Assembly (NCBI GenBank): GCA_023920165.1 | Contig: CP089276.1 | Coordinates: 496,001-560,000 of the forward strand | Reading direction: 5' to 3' | Length of the DNA: 64,000 bases | Origin: Curvularia clavata | Taxonomy: Eukaryota | Shown: one piece after another, positions 60,197 through 64,000 of the stretch | How the letters are laid out: each line of letters opens with the position of its first letter | Numbering within the stretch: position 1 is the first letter of the stretch | Translations under genes and position numbers: made by a program | The notes under the pieces: generated by a model | Seen by the model: the letters and a program-made list of their open reading frames with translations, nothing else | Databases searched by the model: none | What the model was told of the DNA's origin: nothing

Positions 60197-63057
60197 CTAG
60201 ACCCGAGATGTCTGCATGCTCGAGAGCCTCAACCTCCCATCCTCAATCTTGAGCACGTGCACAGGGACCTTCGTACGTAGTAGGCGTTCCTCACCAGGTA
60301 GATTCATTGGCGCGGAGAAACCAGCGACATGCGAAACTGGGCTGTTACACGTAGGACACTTCCAGTGGCGTGCCTGCTGGACACTCTGTTCCGTGTCGCC
60401 GGCCTCGTCGAGTCTTTTGATGCATACGTTGCAAAACTGGTGGTTACAGGGGCGGATGCTAATTTTTGTGCTTAGTTAGGAAGAAGAAATGTGAGATAAC
60501 AGGTTACTTACATGCAGTCACACAGTCGACGCTCACATGTGGTACACATTTTCGGCTTCTTTGGGTCAAATTCTGGCTCGGTGGTTATCCCCAGATGCTG
60601 ATCCATCTGGCTGACACTCTTGACATTGTCAAAGTCTCCGCCGTCGAGACGCTCGTCGATTTTCTCTTCGACGACGAAGAATTGGCCGCCGGACTTGACG
60701 TAGTCTTCTACGGCCATGGGCGGGGGCTGAGGCACAACGTGTGTTACTCTTTCGCAGCTTTCTGGATCAATCATGTGAACATGGAGGATGCGTGCTCCCG
60801 CGTGGTTCCATATTGTAGTTGGAAAGGGGTCCTTGTAAATATCCTGTACTTTAATGCGGGTTAGTGGATTTGCGTGGGAGGGTAGAAAGATGGTTCGACG
60901 TACTGAGTTTGCCGCCCGCAGCCAGGCCCAAGGTCTTGACGCTCTTTGCTTGTGCTTCGGTCAACTCCATCAAATCCGTCTTGTCTTTATCTTGCAGTAG
61001 CTCCGGATCCACACCATTGTATATATTTTCGCGCTTGACCGTGGATTCTTTCTCCGATAGCTGGCGCTCCTCTGCTTCCTGGGGGACTGGTACGTCACCA
61101 AGCATTTCGAGGGTCTGTCTTTCTGTACCGTCGTCTTCGGTAGGAGGAGCCGATTCACATCCATAACCCACGGAGATTGCCGTCCCCTTTTTCCTCTCGA
61201 TTTTTGGCAATTTTCGTGGTGGTGCTGCAGACGGTACTTGCGGTGATGCTCCCTGTAGTGGTGCTTGCTGTATTGGATAATTTCCTGATGAGTAGTAAGC
61301 TGGTGCGTAATGTGTTCCCGGTACTGGTAGTGCTGAAAATGGTGCTTGTGGTATTGGTGCTGGTTGTAATGGCGCTCCTGATGATGACGATGATGGTGGT
61401 GGTGGTTGTTCTTGTTGTGTTGATCGCTTTGGTCGCTGTAATGGTGCGCAACGTGCTCCCTGTACCGGTCGTGCTGACGACGATGCTCCCTGTGCTGGTG
61501 CTGGTGCTGGTGCTGACGACCAGCCTTGCGGTGGTGGTGTTGCCATGGAAGGGAAATAGGGCGGGTTTGGTAGTGGCACAGACTCGTTGTATTTCTGGGA
61601 TTCTATGGAATTTGGAATAATCAGGTCCCCACCGTCATGTTGAACTAATAATTCTTTGATTGAATTGTGTCTTAGTTGGACTGGTGCAGCGTTGATATTT
61701 GAACCTAATGATTGGAATGAAGGCATATCGCATCGTTCTCGAAGTTTTCCCGCTCTTGGAGGTGCTGGGGGCAATGAAAACATACCACCGGCAGCCTTCA
61801 GCGTAATAGTGGCCACTGGAAGAGAACCATCTTCCTGAGACGCATCGCCTCTTTCTTTTTGTTTCGCCCTGGGAGCAAACAAATCCTGGATTCGAAAGGG
61901 CTGCTTGAACTCTTTGTGCGTTGGATATGACTTGAGGATATCCCCAACTTCACAGCCGAGTTGACGTGGAGTGCGAGACTCACTTAGTCCACCATATTTG
62001 ATGGGATCATTCGCTGGGTATGTGATATGCTGTTGTTCAGCCCACGCCCAGACTCGTTTGCCATGTTCCATCTGCGGCGTGACTTCTATCTGCAGTCCTC
62101 CGTGCTTTTCTTCAGAAGTTTTCTGCCCTTCGACGGTGTAGCCAGAACCAACTGTATTCAAAAGTCAGTATGAGCTGCACAGGGATGGCAAGGTATGAAG
62201 ACCCACGTGGCATAGCGACGAACTGACGAACAACACCAGGAGCTATGCAAATGCCATCCAGCCAGCTTTGGCCAGGTATCACAACGTAGTCTTGCAGCTT
62301 AGTAATATTCGTCGTGTCCTGTTCATCTTGCATTTCTTTTCCGGTTATGGCGTTCACGCGACCCACAAAAACACGTACGGCATACTTGCGAGAGGTTGGC
62401 TGAAAATTAATCCACATGGCTTCTCTTTGCCACATGGAGAAGAAGACACCTCCAGTTTCAGTGACAGTTTTCGGAAGATGTTGCGAGTATTTCTCCACAC
62501 TGAACAATTGATATCGCCCTAATGAAGGAGGTAGATGGTGTAGCTTGTTGTCGTCGGGTATTCTTGTAGTCCGCTCAAACGACACGCAAAAGCTATACTG
62601 GTCGCGCACGGCCCGCTCAAGGTGTGAATGAAACTCAAGGGGCGGTACGTGATGGGTGTTCGTGTGTGAGATCAGCGTCTCGTCCATCTTTATCGTGGTA
62701 GGAGTGGAGGCTTGATCGTCTGATACCACTAGGACCTCATCGTGTTCTCGCACTACGGTCAATGGAACAAACGGCTCGTATTCGACTTCACCATGTACCA
62801 GCTTATGGGGCATTCCGAATCCACAGGCTACTTGTCGTCAAGATAACCCACATGAGTATGGCAGCGGTTGACATACCTTGAATGTTTTGCCACAGCCCAG
62901 GCCACATCAGCTCGTCTTCACGCAGGTTCAAGGAAAGATCGTAGAGCCCAAAGTCATCACCTATGGTCGCGGACCAACCGTCATCTCGTTCAACATCCTC
63001 AACCTTTTGCAACCCCTGAATGACGACTTTGCAAAGGTTAGTGGCAGTTTGCGACAT
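60197..63057 (-). CDS. Conserved fungal protein of unknown function with a C-terminal RING finger (putative E3 ligase)
   Basis: Spliced frame with introns 62876-62828, 62206-62152, about 60903-60850 and about 60511-60462. Conserved-looking blocks SFERTTRIPDD..LPPSLG, QREAMWINF, QDYVVIPGQSWLDGI...GVVRQFVAMPLGSGY, GLAAGG. RING-like CTTC..RPCNHQFCNVC...CPTC. Confidence 0.8.
61240..61530 (-). repeat. Low-complexity Pro/Ala/Gln-coding imperfect tandem repeats inside the RING-protein CDS
   Basis: Repeated GGTGCT(G) units and recurring TGCTCCCTGT on the + strand, encoding PAPAPAQGA / PVQGA / PLQGA. Confidence 0.7.
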
Positions 63058-63295
63058 TATTGCAGTTGTTCAAAGCGAGGATTTTCTGAGACCAAGCAGA
63101 GAGAACAAGGGAGTATGGGGTTTCAGCCTGAGTAATGGTGCCTATCAGGGTGAGAAGCCTTTATGAGTTCTCATGGCCGCCAGCCTCGTTGAGCGGGGTC
63201 GTATCAGCCCCCACGACTGCGCCCCCTTCTGTAATACTCAGCCTGGTCAACAGTTTATTAGTATCTAAGCCCAAGGTCCTGAAGGGCAAACCAAG

Positions 63296-64000
63296 ATGTC
63301 TTTTGGATTTTCAATTGGCGATATCAGTAGGTGCAACCCCTCATGGGATATGAGAAGGATACTAATGACGAACAGTCCTCCTTAGTCAACTAGCGTACGG
63401 TCTCTACTCTAGCATCAGCTCTGGAAGAAAGGCAGCCTCACGGGATCTGAAAGAACTCGAAGACGTGCTTTTTAGTCTAAAATGTTCCCTGGATCATTTG
63501 GGAGAAGTTTCTAAAGATGTGCTCGCGCAGCCGGATCGGCACGGGGGTCCTATGTTCAAAGAGAAACTGGACGCGATGATACGAAATTGCGCATCCACCC
63601 TGCATGAGCTAGAGTCTGTGACGGAGAAGTATCGCATGATTGAGGGCCGCGCTGTGGAGCAGGCAACAGGGAACAAGGAAAAGACAAAGTCGCGCACACT
63701 AGACGATGTAAGGAAAAGTATACAAGTCAACTGGTATAGGGTACGGTGGGACAATGAGAAACAATCTCTACAACAATATCGCGAGAAGTTGAAGTCGCAC
63801 ACTGACGCGATTAATCTGATACTAACTTCCGCAATCTGGTAAGTGGGGAGATCTTGCCATCAACTCAGTCTAAGCTGACAGGTTCTCAGGGCAAACTCTG
63901 CATCTGCAGATGAAAGAAGCAGACAAGGCCATGAGAAGACGCATACACTGCTGGAAGAAGTATTAAGAAAACCAGAAGCAGATGCTTCACTCCGGAGCAT
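63296..64000 (+). CDS. Protein with fungal MSFGFS-type N-terminal helical domain (SesA/HeLo-like, often found on STAND/NLR proteins); runs off the window
   Basis: MSFGFSIGDI|ILLSQLAY..Y......DLKELEDVLFSL...L..L, then VRWD.EK..LQQYREKLKSHTDAINLIL. Introns 63327-63375 and 63839-63881. Confidence 0.78.

Noticed and set aside
61177..61620. Very hydrophobic Val/Leu/Met-rich 147-aa ORF resembling a membrane protein
   Set aside because: Antisense reading of the Pro/Ala/Gln low-complexity segment of the RING gene.
1..64000. Autonomous transposons, CRISPR arrays, rRNA, TPP riboswitch, spliceosomal snRNAs
   Set aside because: No transposase/RT/integrase motifs, regular repeat-spacer arrays or the relevant RNA signatures were seen by eye.

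Overview
This is eukaryotic genomic DNA from a filamentous ascomycete. The short GT-AG introns with CTRAC branch sites and the gene content suggest a Dothideomycete, probably Pleosporales-like (inferred, not proven). It holds about 27 protein-coding loci. Housekeeping genes include RSM25, a PPR protein, PAB2, UBC9, PEX19, SKI8/REC14, GUK1, GLE2 and RAD52. Accessory or secreted genes include an MFS transporter, a flavin monooxygenase, a pectate lyase, a PTH11-like membrane protein, two BTB proteins, a GAF hybrid histidine kinase, a subtilisin, a CE4 deacetylase, PNGase A and an EamA transporter. There is also a RING protein lying head-to-head with a gene that has an MSFGFS-type (SesA/HeLo-like) N-terminus. 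RNA genes not visible in the ORF track are tRNA-Ala(AGC) and a clear RNase MRP RNA on the minus strand (38307-38753). The most unusual observation is an unexplained intergenic element of about 560 nt (46141-46705). It folds on the + strand into a closed multi-branched structure with G-U pairs, a long-range pseudoknot and two hairpins sharing a GGGUA loop, and I could not assign it to any RNA family I know. A Cdc123/R2K-type ATP-grasp gene with three disabling lesions is also present. Intron coordinates and base pairings were read by eye and need computational confirmation.
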